This document shows, in pieces, positions 47,767 through 60,367 of a DNA stretch of 64,000 nucleotides. Position 1 is the first letter of the stretch. Each line of letters opens with the position of its first letter. Under the pieces are notes generated by a model. The model did not search any database. It was given only the letters and a program-made list of their open reading frames with translations, and was not told the DNA's origin. The stretch comes from Azolla caroliniana (Eukaryota > Plantae > Polypodiophyta). Location: NCBI GenBank assembly GCA_043228905.1, contig JBHGNT010000004.1:10044001-10108000 (forward strand), given 5' to 3'. The position numbers and the translations under genes were made by a program.

Positions 47767-50449
47767 CTGGTTTGTAAGGTAAGTCATATTAAGTGTGGAA
47801 ACAAATCTGAGGTCACATCACATCTTTCTGGAAAACGACATGATTCTCTCATTAGGAAACTCATCAACTTGTGAAGTATGTAACAAACAGTGTAATATTG
47901 AGAAAGAACTGGAAACTTGTATAGCTGGGCAGAAACATGCATCTCTAAAGTCAGGCAGACACTTATACATTTGGGTTTCAAACGATCAAATGAGGAAGAA
48001 AAATCTGCATGGTTCAGATAGCTTCATAGTCATCCTGTATTACGTCTACCAGTTGTGCACACTGTTGTATGCTGGAAATGGCGTATGCACTCGTATAGAA
48101 CAGGTGAACAATGTGCTGGAGGAACAAGTCTGCTTTGCCTTTTATCTATGTGATCAGTATGTATTCTTACATTAGCTGCAGTAAGGATAACGGTAATTTC
48201 AATGTTATGAAAATGCATACATCTAATCAGATGGAATTAACACTTTACGTTGTCTTGTTTGTGTCAACTGGCTGCCATATATTTTCTGTTTGCTTGTTTG
48301 ACAAGCATTTTCAACTTTTCTCCTATGCTATAAAAGTTGCTGTATGTTGGATAAAGCGTCCCCTTGGATGCTTTATGCAATGTACAGTGATTGCCAACAG
48401 ATTTTATAGCACAAAGCATGGGAAATAATGTTTCTTAGATGAGACGATTAATCTACAGTTGAATTGAAGGGTGCAAGTAGACATTCAAAGATACTCACTC
48501 CACTGGTTATGAAATTCATTTGTATGTTTTGGTTTGACGAATTTTTTCTAACTTTCTTGGACTGTATTTTCATTAAAGGGACAACCATCCAACTATTGTT
48601 ATGCTAATCTTGTGTGTTTCACTAATTATGTATGTTTCATATTGTAATGCCATCCGCATGCTTGTGTTGAGAAGTAATACAGTTCTTTTAAGGTAGTTTG
48701 ATAGATTTTCAAATAAAATGGCGTGGGACTGCTCGTTCATTGGAATGATGATGAAGGCAGATGAAAATATGTTTCTATAATGCAATATAGAAGAAAACAA
48801 GGTTGAGTGTACTTTTTGATTTGATGTAAATTTATTGCTACCATGAATTATTTGTAGTGCTCTTTTTATTTTGCTTGAATGATACAGCTTCTGTACTCCT
48901 CTGATGGTGTATTGGATATTCTCTTGACAGTCAGGTAAAAGGATTCTCTGATATTTGCTGTTCGGTTTAAAGATATCTTCTTCATATGGTCTGCATCATT
49001 AATTTATGTGTGGATATGCTGATATGCTCTAACAGTGCATGTACATGTATGCTTTGTCATATAGAATGAACTTTTTCAGGGCATATGTTACAATTAGGTA
49101 ATGCAATACATATATAAATGTTTAGCATATGTTTAAGTAATGCCATATTTTTGGGATCAAGGATTCCAATAGAATTTCCACTAAATCAATGCATTAACTT
49201 AAGAGCAGTTTACATGGGTTCTATTTATTGCCCTAATTATAATTAGGCAAGGACAATCAAGCATATTAGGTTGATGGATCATCAATTTGTATTTATATAC
49301 CAGCCACTTCTCTCTATTGCTTGAGTGCATTTGCCCTGCACTAAATTTCTTCTCTCCTTTTATGATAGTAATAATGTAGTCACGGTACTTGCAGTGATTT
49401 TGTCACTGCTTTATCTACATTTGATGCATCAAAGTGGGTATGTTTTCCATTCTAGGATTGGCTAAAAGGGCATGCACATTTGTACAACAAGTAATCTTTA
49501 TATTTATTGAATATGAGTTTAACGAAATACTAAATTAGAAACCATACATGTATGTTGAAAGTGTTTGCAAACTGTTGGTTTTGTGAAGCATCAATAGTGA
49601 AATGCTATAAAAACACAAAACTGGGAATCTAGTCGTCTTGAATTGTGCAATAGTTTCAAGTCATTAATTTAAGGGTGATGTAAATTCCAATCCAATTGTA
49701 GTCTTATCGTCATGATTTATACTAAATTCCATTGTTCCATGCATGAAGTTTAATCAGAAGGGTTCACAACAAATTTGAGGCAAGTGGTTTCAATGTAGAC
49801 ACCTCAACTTGTTGATGGGAAACCCCTAGACACACAATAAAAACTTCAAATGGTAGACTACAAGGTGAGCATTAAATAGAGTAATGGAGATCCATGAAGC
49901 CCTTATTCATGTAAAAACCTCAAGCCATTAAAATATAACACTTGATAAGAGTAAACACGGGATGCCCCTTGTAACATTTTTTTCTTCAAAAGTTGTCCTT
50001 ATTTATACTTGGATTGTAAATGCCCTTGTTCTCTCTTTGCTCTTTAAAGTGCAAATGCCACCACATGGTTGGTGAGATGCCAAGGTTTTTCTTGAAAATT
50101 GGTGTTGCGAGTTTGCCCTTGCCATTCACAAACTCCTTTTGCTCCTTAACTTCCTCTCAAAACAAAAAACTCTATTAGTGAACCAATTTTTTTGCCATGA
50201 CCATAGAATTCTCAAGATGATGTTGGCCCAGGCTCCTTAATGTGTGAAATTGAAACCTGTCTCACGCCAATTTAAGATATTTTTGTGTAAAATGTCACTT
50301 GTTGCATTGTTTAAAAAGTCAAATTTTCTCTCTCAATCTTTGTTCAAGCATAGATCATGTGAACATAATTACATGTCTTCCATCAAGATTATAGGGTTCA
50401 ATACAAGTGGATAAGTGTAAACTTCACATATCACTTTAATTTCGAGGAA

Positions 50450-52583
50450 CTTGGAAATCTCTTTGTGGTAACTACGGACCATTAGTCCTTGAAATATTTT
50501 TGTTACCAACAAAACTTGAAAGGTCGTAAGGCACGATGGGTTGATCTCATCCAGGACTTTGATTTTTCCATACGATATCGTAAAGGTTCCATGAACACTG
50601 TCGCTGATGCACTAAGTCGCATCCGTGAAGTTAACATGCTTAGCTTCACTGAAATATCATCAGATCTTTATGATCACCTTCGAGGAAAGTATCCTGATGA
50701 CAGTTATTTCGCAAAATACTAGGCAAGAGTTGAGTCTGGAACAGACATCACCACATCCTCGAAGGAATACTTCCACATTGCTAACGGTCTGCTCTACCGT
50801 AATGGGAAGGTTTGTGTTCCAGCTTTACCCGAGGTAAAAAAGAGGATTCTTTTTGAATGCCATGATGCACCCTCAGCAGGGCACCCTGGAATACATCGTA
50901 CACTCGTTCTCATCTCCACTCAATTTTATTGGCCTAAGATGCGTCCTGACATACATAGCTATGTGACTAAATGTCACCAATGTCAGGTTAACAAAGCCGA
51001 GCGACTTAAAGACGCATGACTTTTACATCCCTTGGACATTCCCAATAATAAGTGGGAAAGTATATCCATGGATTTTATTGTTAGCTTTCCTCACACCCAA
51101 AAAGGCCATGACGCCATCTGGGTTGTGGTTGATCGACTAACTAAAATGGCCAGATTTATTGCTACTAAAACCACGGTAACAGCTCCTGAATTGGCTTACC
51201 AATTCGTGGACGAGTTATTTCGTTTTTATGGGCTGCCAATGGATATCGTGAGTGATCGAGATCCAAAGTTTACTAGTGACTTCTGGACGCAAGTCTTCAA
51301 GAAGTTAGAAACTACGTTGAGCATGAGCTCCACGGATCATCCTCAATCCGATGGACAAACAGAACGAGTAAATCAAATTATTGAGGACATGCTTCGAGCA
51401 TATGTTGGTATAAAACCGACAAAATGGGAACGTTATCTCCCAATTTTGGAGTTTGCTTATAACAACTCCAAGCATACATCGACGGGATATAGTCCTTTTA
51501 TGTTGATGTATGGTTTTCAGCCACGAGCCCCAATTGATGTTAATATACATCATGATGAGTTGCGAAGTACGCAAAACTTTCTTCGGGATATGCAATATAT
51601 GTTGCATATTGCACGAGATAATATAAAAACAGCTCAAGATAGAGCATGTTTTTATGTCGACCATCATAGGCAACCTCGTGTATTCAACCCTGGACAGAAG
51701 GTATTTTTACGTGTACCTCATAATTCTAAGACATTGTCTACGGGTAAGTGCGCTAAGTTAGCCCCACAGTTTTGTGGACCTTTTACAGTCCTCAAACGCA
51801 TTGGGTCATCAGCCTATTGTCTCGCTCTTCCCGATGGTGTTGGAATTCATCCAGTCTTTCATGTGAGTCGTCTAAAAGAACTTCTAGGTTCTGGCGACAA
51901 TACAGTTACAACTGAAACTCTGGTTACTTCTGAAGAATTATCTTCTAAACCACATGTACTAGAAAGAATTCTCGATGTTAAAACAAAAAAATTACGTACT
52001 AAAGAAATCCGAGAATTTAAAATAAAATGGATGGATAAATCAACAAAAGATGCCACCTGGGAACGTGAGAATACTCTCAGAACTAACTTCCCTAACTTTC
52101 CATTGCAAGAGTGCAATGTTTTAAAGAGGGGGAGTATGTTACAGGCATGACCATATAATATCCCGTGGTGAGAATTTACCGTAGTATTCTATACACGTGG
52201 ATAAGTGTGAGGGTTAAACGAGAGTTTAAAGAAGGGGAGGATTACTTTTTAATCCTCGGGATTGAGACAACCCCATTAGGCCAAGTGTGAACATGGCTGG
52301 GGGCCTTGGGTATCGCTATAAATAAGAGGTCTAGCTACCCTCATTTGATGATCTGGTTGACTACGTCGAGACTCTGTCTTGTAGTGGGTCAACTCTTGTA
52401 GCGAGCGCGCCAGCACCAGGTACGACTCGATGCCACGGAGGTGGTATGGGACGCCGATCGAGGCTCGAGTCCATCTCGATCCCTTCACTCGGGGGTGGTC
52501 GGGTGGATCGGCACCCTTCTTTCTCTCTCTCCTTTCTTTCTATCTACCTAGATCTATCCTTATCTAATGCTTACTTTAGTACA
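50450..52583 (+). mobile_element. 5'-truncated chromovirus gypsy element (RNase H end, integrase, chromodomain, 3' LTR)
   Basis: WESISMDF, SDRD, DGQTER, GPF and IKW...TWE motifs; PPT ~52123-52134; LTR starts TGTTACAG at 52137 (its end is uncertain). Confidence 0.85.
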
Positions 52584-55500
52584 TATCTCTAATAGTAATG
52601 ATGAGCCCTCTTGCACATTCGCTAGCATTTTGGAGCTCCTACCTCAAATAAAAATAGTGGCGCTTCTTTTATCATGTGCATCATCGCTTTCTCTTTTCGT
52701 ATGCACCTATTCTCGTCCTAGCAAGGGCATGTAATGCGAGATCAAATGTTTTTTACTTCATTATGTCTCAGAATTTCCCTTCGTCAACCCTAGCCATGTT
52801 CAAACCATTAACCTCATCATTCAAGGGGACAAGTCTCATCCCTTGAGCTATCTTCATCAATTTTTCTTAGGACAATCTTCCTTCAAAATCTTCCTCTATT
52901 GCAACACTAGACCTCTAGGCACTTTTCTCACTTTGGATATGCCACATCCAGAGGCTAATAAGGACATCAAGGACCAAGTGAAAGGAACAAACGTAGTTGA
53001 AAGGGGCAAAGAGCAAGAAAAACCCACAGTAAGAAAGCTATATATAAGTAACTTTATTGTGGAATTTTAGTTTCTTCTTGAAGCTTAAATCTTGCCTCCT
53101 AATACCTAAGTCTTCCATCCTATCTGTAGAGTGATTGATTAAGGTTAAGTTTTCATTCACTTAATCTTAATCACTCACTATCTTGCACGTTGTTGTGATG
53201 TATGTATGTGGTGTATCGAGAACTGTAGTTTGACAAAGAGGTGACTCAACTCTATATCAAAAGCTCAACCATTCTCCATCTACCACTGCATGTATTTCTC
53301 ATTTAATCTTAGGGGTCATTTTGTAAAAACCACCATATTCGTGGGTATTATTTGGTGAACCCATTTCGTAAAAGGAGCATTTCTTGATTAAATCAAATGT
53401 TTAAGGTCTTAACCTTCCATTACTGGTGTTATTATTAATCATGTGTGTTTTGTGCAAATAATCTGTGATTAAATCTGATGACTATTAATTAATTCTACAC
53501 CATTATTTGCAAAACGAGAGGGGAGGGAGAGGAGGAACACAGACAGGGCTGGCGGTTTAGCCCCCGAAAGTCACCCACCTCAAACCTTCGTTTCCGCGGG
53601 GATTTATACCTCCTTGGAAGAACACAGAACATTCGCCCCACTCTAATCCTCAAATTCCTGAGCTACGAAACGAACAAAAAACCCCAGCTCTATATCTACG
53701 AAACACTAATAAAAGGGATTTTACAAAAGGACATCTTGGGGAGAGGTGAGAAGAGTGAGTAGTGTTCACACATCGAGAAGCAGTTCGCATGACTCTTGCA
53801 TCTTGACACTTGATAGGAGGATACTCGGACACGGTAAAGTTCTATTGTTCCTCAAGGTAGTGGATTCTCGAGAGAGGGAGAAGAAGGGCATCCTGCTTGA
53901 GAATGAAGACAAACACACCACGGATTGGGTCACAGTAAAAAGATAGTGTAGTTGCTTTGCTAAGCAATGACAATTGTATGGTGGGAATCATCAAGCAGTC
54001 AAGGTATGTGGGAAGGGAACCCTATGCATGATACAAAGGGCACCAAAATGATGGAACGTAGAGGACACGCAAACGTGGGCTCAAGGCCAACAATGAAGGT
54101 GGTAGAAGAACCAGTTGGGGGTTGGGGAATAGATGGACTCACGAAGATGGTAAGGGAGCACCAAATAGCCCAAGCAAGGAGAGATGACATGTGCTCTCCT
54201 TACGATTGACGGACTCTACATTTCTGTAGAGATGTATGTGGTGCGATAACCCCGACCACCAAAGAAGGGAATTTGAAGGCTTTCATTTGGCTCTAGGAAA
54301 CAAGGTTTATTCGATGAAAACGAGACGCCCCTTGAATTTGAACTCTAGTTAGAGGTATGAAGAGGCTAAGACGTAGAATGTCGAAGCCATCCACTACCCG
54401 ACATTGGCTTGGATTCGAGTTGGGAAAGAGGCCTAGAGCCAAGAAGAGGAGGCGGAGTTTTGGCCATCTATCATTAAGATTCTCACAAAGGGGACACTCT
54501 AAAAGGATGAAGCGGACCAAGCCGAAAAAAGGTTCCAAGATGCGGCACGTGGTACGGTAGAAATAGATAAAAGTAAATGTAAATATGTATTACGGAAAAT
54601 GAATAATAATATATAATGACAAAAGGTAAATAATGTTTATTTGATCTAGTAATTGCGATATGTTTGTTCGATCTCGCCCAAATGACTATTTAGTTGGAAA
54701 AAAAATTCGTCTTCATTTCATTCAGCGAATCACACGTAGGGATATCGAGAAAACGCAAAATGCAAAAGGGATTTCATAACTGATTGATTGAGTAGTTGCT
54801 CTCAAACCACCCGAAAATGAATATTTGTTATTTGACCCATATCCAGCAATTAAAAAACCCAAGGTGTTATGTGCATAACCATAAGTAATGATGAAGTAGG
54901 TTTTCCGTAGTTTTTCCTAATCTTCTGATGAGTGTGTGTGGGTTAATTCTGAAAGGAACGAGAGTATGAATTGTAATATTCAATTCCACGCGGTGGGATA
55001 ACTATTAAGTGTGTTATCACTTGACAACTTCAAATAAAGCAATCAATTCCGAACAGAGTAGGGCCCAAGGTTTTTGTTGATATAAAGAACAACAAACGAC
55101 ACATGTTTTCACATATTTGTTTGAGTGATTCCTAGAACAACAAACGAGGCCTAACTACTCGATCCAGAAACGATGGGAGCGCGAAATTCGGACATTATGC
55201 AAAAAACAACTCTCTCTATTCTTTCTTATCATATACAACTATGTCTTAGAATTCTATGTGTTCGCGTACTCTAAATTAAATTTGTGTTCCTTATAGATTA
55301 CCTATACGTTGGTGTGTATGGTTGTGTTTTTGCATCCATATTTTTAATCACCTCAAAGAGTTTGATTACTTTTTGGCATCAAGCTATGTCTGATTAGAAC
55401 TACCTCGCCTATATGGAAACCCAAAGAAAAAAAGAATTTGAAAAAAAAAACTTGTGTTTTTTTCCCCAGTGGGATGTGCGAGAGAAAAAAATATTATGCT

Positions 55501-58296
55501 TCAAATTGATGGCTCCAAATATTCATATATATGGAGTGATTTTATTTTCTATATATATGACTTGTTTTTTTAAGGGAGTCTACTTTTTTCTCAATGTATA
55601 TTTATCCTACATTCACAAGCTATGTATATTTGCCGCTTTTAAGCTCTATGGAATGTACTTTTTTCTAGTAGATATACATACATCTACTCAAGTTAATAGC
55701 TAGGTGTACTTTTTCTAATCAATAGCTAGGTGTTTTTTTTTCTCGTCACTAGTGCATTTTCCGAGTGGGATATGATTGATATAAATGTCTATCCATAGCT
55801 CCCACTAGTGTTTTTTCCCAATTGGATATGAGATATATAAATATTCATCTTTATATATATACCTAGCTAATGATACAACGCCCATGATTTACATGCTCCC
55901 CACCACCGTTCAGGAATTTTCGAAGAATGATATGCACAATATTTTTATTTATTTTCCAAATGTGATTTCCCAATTTATGTGCCTCACATTTGGGCACTAT
56001 AAAATAGAGCACCAGACACATTACTTGTTTCCCACTACTACGTCTTTTGGCATGACCAAATAGATTCCCTAGTTCATTCTATATCTCCCGTCTCCGATCA
56101 TTGAAATGTTATTTGGTCGTTCTTGAAAAAAAGAAAAAGTTTTCAAGCTAGGGCAAACCTATTTTGCATTGGCCAACCTAAGGCCCTGAATCGAAGAAGT
56201 TGTCTAAGTCACACAACTCACGTACGGACATTGGGAAAACAAATTTCTTTTGTTACAAGGACATATATCATAGACTATGTTGCACACATATCTTGGTGAT
56301 CCATATTTTCTAAATAGTTTTACACATACATATATTGAATTCCCTATTCAAATTTGGTTGGTTTATTTGTCATATATTGCTCGTGACAACATATCTACCA
56401 CCACATTATGCTTTCCTGTTACATGTCGTATTTTTGGATTAAGTCACTTGATATACGCAATCCATCGCAACATAGTGATGTTAGAAGTGGCGTGCTTGGA
56501 AATCATACCAAGTATGGGTAGGCACTCTATCTCGATTATGACCTCCATTCCAATAAGATAATCACGGTTGTCGTTCACATAAGATACAACCCCCCATAGC
56601 CCCCTCTTTACTTGAGTGTACTTCCTTTGTCGGTCACTCAACACCTTCACACCGAATCGAATCGAATCTCATATCGATTCTTTTCTTTGTCTTCTTAATT
56701 GATAACCCATCTAATCCTGGTTGGGCTCGTATCCACGGTCACATATATTGGCTTATCTTCGACATAGTCAACCTTTCGTAGTGCCGGAGCTTCAAGTAGT
56801 AGTTACTTCAATCTTCGTATCGCATTTGTATGCTCATCTAAGTTGCCATTCAAACTTCTTCCTTTTCTTCAGTAATCCATATAATGGCTTGGCGATATGA
56901 GCGTAGCACTGAATCATGCTCCCAAGAATCTTCGCTCCTCTATCTAGGTTATACTTTCTTCCGTCATCTCCTGGATAGCATCCACTTTGGTTGGAGACAG
57001 TTTCCGACCATATGATCCACACAAGTGCCCTACTACCAATACTTCTGGTTGCACGAATGCAGACTTCTCTCCCAAAAGCATGAGGTTCATGTCTTCTAGT
57101 TTCTACAATACCTTCTCACAATCCTTAATGTGCTCTATCACAAATCTTCGACACCCAACTTCATCCTTTGATTCATCTTTTTCTTCTTCCAAAGAACACT
57201 TGATTTGTATGTCACCAAAAATGACATCATTATCTCGGGAATGCAATCTCTTAGTACTTTATTCATCGCATTTACCATGTGCACTATAGAGTTGGTTGCA
57301 CCTTGAGGTAAGGTGCACATTCGTACCTATCCACTCGGTGTCCTCATCGTTGTAATGTCTCTATTGTCGACTGCTAGTTGAAATCAGTCATAGCGTGAGT
57401 AGAGATCACCAATAGAATAAATGGATCTTGCCTCAAATGCTTTTGCGAACTCATCGGTACTTGGACAATTCCAACATAATTTGCGGATCGTCACCTTATT
57501 CACTAGTTGAAGGTCTTGTATGAACTTTAAGGTCCCATTCTTCTTTGGTACTATGAAGCACCTATTTGAGTAAGGAGCATTCGACGGTTCTAGAATTCCC
57601 ATCTCAACCTTATCTTTCAAGAGCTCGATTAATTTTGGAATGTGCGCTCTTGGGACCAATATCGGCTTTAGGTTCCACGACACATGCGGTATTGTGAAAC
57701 ATGTCCGCGTTCACAAGTGGAAGGATCACACACAAATGGAAGGATAAGGAATATTTCGTTTGATTTTGGGGCATTTTTGGCCATTTCACAAAACACCTTG
57801 ATACTAGTATCTCACGTTCTCAAAAACTTGATGAAAAAGTTGAAAATTTCATTGTTTGGTTAAAATTGGAAAATGTCAGAATTTCGCCAAATACGAAAAG
57901 TAACTTTGTGTATTTTTAAGGAAAAATGAGAACAAATAATTTTTTAGATCGTAAAGAAATCAAAAGCGAAAGACTTCAAAACAATTAGCTTTTGAGTATC
58001 ATTGAATAATATGTTGTCTAAATTTGTTACATATCGTTGCACAAAATATACATTTAGGAGTTATTTGCATCACTGTGATCATTCCTTTCATGAGAGTCAC
58101 TATTATAGCTAATATACAATTGTGACTCTTCCTCCTCATTTTCAAATGTACCAATCAAAGCATTGTCTTCATCGAAAACCAGATGGTGTCTCCAAATTAT
58201 GTGCACTAAATCTTGTTTGCATTCAATTTGAGCCACCTTCTAGACTTGGTAATTTCTCTTTTATTATTTCTATTGTTGACATCCTTAAACGTCCAA

Positions 58297-58658
58297 TGTG
58301 TAAAGTCATACACAATTATTACCATTGACACAATTATTTTAAAAACAGAGATTTCAGTACAATTCGATATGTCAATGTAACGAATTCAAATTGCAGTACA
58401 ATTCAAAGTATTTTCATCACAATTCGGTTCTTAGTATCGAATTCACGTTCACAGTTTTTACTTTCTTTAATTATAGTTTTTTTTGAAAAAAAGAAACGGT
58501 AAACCTAAATTCGATATTAAGTATCGAATTGTGATGCAAACGGGATGTTTTCATCAAAATTCAACACTAAGTATCGAGTTGTGAGGAAAACAGGGTGTTT
58601 TCATCACAATCAGGTTTCGAATTGTGATGATTTTTCATCACAATTGGATACTTACTGT

Positions 58659-58724
<66 letters not shown>

Positions 58725-59470
58725 TAGAATATTCTAGAGTGTTATCTATTACTTATAAATTGGGATCTACCACTCATCCCAAACCTAAATTGGTTCTTCA
58801 AACTGTCAAGAGAGAGAGAGAGAGAGAGAAAGAAGATAGAGAGATAATTGAAAAGGAATTATTATATTGAAGAGTAAATGGATTACAAAGAGTAGGCAAC
58901 AGAGTACTACAAAATGGCGTTGAACCAATTTAGGTTTGGGGTGAGTGGTAGATCCCAATTTATAAGTAATAGAGAACACTCTAGAATATTCTAGGTTATC
59001 CTAGAATGTAGAGTAATCTAGAAGATCTCTAGAGTATTCTAGAAGGTTCTAGTGTATAGAATATTCTAGGTCATTCTAGAATGTAGAGTAATATAGAATA
59101 TTCCTATGATATTAGATTTCATATTCTAAAAACTATAAAAGAATATTAATACAATGGCTAAGGATTTGACATGTGTACAACAATGTCATGGGTTCAAATC
59201 CTTTCGAGGCATGATGTGAGTGTTATCATGACACTTACGAAAATAAATAAATAAATACTTTAAACCTGAACTCAATACTATGTATCGAAGTTAGGTTTCT
59301 AATTGTGATATTTTAATCACAATTCGATATTGAGTAACGAATTTAGATTTAAAGTTTTTTTTTCTCGAACCAAATTGTGATGGAAACACTTTGAATCTGA
59401 GTATCGAATTGTACTGAAATCTCTGTTTTTTAAATAGTTGGATGATAATCATTGTGTATGACTTTACACA
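58297..59470. mobile_element. Inner foldback/MITE-like element
   Basis: Inverted ends TGTGTAAAGTCATACACAAT extending about 70 bp; many ACAATTCGATA subrepeats; no TSD seen. Confidence 0.6.
58656..59233 (-). mobile_element. Aberrant solo LTR of the TGTCATGA family
   Basis: TGTCA...TGACA termini, TSD CTTAC; homologous to 63377-63854; contains an internal inverted duplication. Confidence 0.85.
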
Positions 59471-60367
59471 GATAAAAGTTGGATGACCAAGTGCATTTCA
59501 TTCACATGAGGATTAAAGCCATAACGTTTTCACCATGCATCGCATGAACCAATTGCTCCATTAGCTGGTGAACTTAAAGAGCTTATTGATTTTGACGACG
59601 AGCTAGTAGAGGACCTTACCATTGCCAGCCTATGTGGAGTAGATACTACTTCACAAATTTTGGAGGAGAGTTCTCAAAAAGAAGAAGAGGAGAGTAGTGT
59701 GGATACCCTGATAACTATGTGATATGTTCCAATGATATATTAATGTTCACATCTAGGTTTGATAGTTCATGAATATTGTCTACATTTTTGGAGTTCTGAA
59801 TTTATGGATGTTGATGAGCACTAAATTTATAGATGTTGATGAGACTTTTGGTACCTACATCTCTTCAAGATAGTGAAACCATAAATCTTAACTTGTGATT
59901 TGAGTTAACCATTGTGATTTTCCTTAAGTTAACTACATTTCATATTAGTAGATCTTCAATGTTTAAACATTTATCGAAAAACTATTGAATTTTAGAAATT
60001 ATCATTTTGACACTTGTTAAATGTCAAAAAATCGGCAAAATTTATATGTTATTTACGACATGTGATATTGGTGTATCAACTTTTTGACATTTCCTAAAAT
60101 CGCAAGATTATAAAAGGAATCTAATAATGGAATGCGAGATCCTTCCACTTTAGAACGCGAACGTGTTGTGAATATCACCATCGGTTCTATTATCCTTGGA
60201 TTGGTCCATCCAATTTTGTTTGGATAGAATGCAAATGCTTTCCCATGTCTTTTGAGCATTTCCCGAAATGCGACTTCTTCTTCTAGCAAGAGAAACTCAT
60301 CTTTCCCGACACGAAGCTTCACTCTTATCTTTTTAGTGAAGGTATGCCTGATTCCTCTTGGATCCGT

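Larger units (their letters stand above)
57699..60166. mobile_element. Non-autonomous TIR DNA transposon, superfamily unclear
   Basis: ~29-bp imperfect TIRs (ACATGTCCGCGTTCACAAGTGGAAGGATC); TGTGAA on both flanks; removal restores MVIFTIPHV. Confidence 0.85.
56375..60367 (-). pseudogene. Degenerate pol fragment of the Trp-primed gypsy family, interrupted by a TIR element
   Basis: Minus ORFs 56444-56650, 57138-57320, 57384-57683 and 60053-60322 match 4294-6111 (MCTLPQGATNS, WNLKP, EPMVIFT). Confidence 0.88.

Noticed and set aside
52600-56370. Short ORFs and scattered GTGGGATATG-like repeats
   Set aside because: No recognisable domain, termini or TSD by eye; probably old TE debris, left unannotated.
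58661-58718. (AG)n microsatellite and similar tracts
   Set aside because: Ordinary components of the LTRs.
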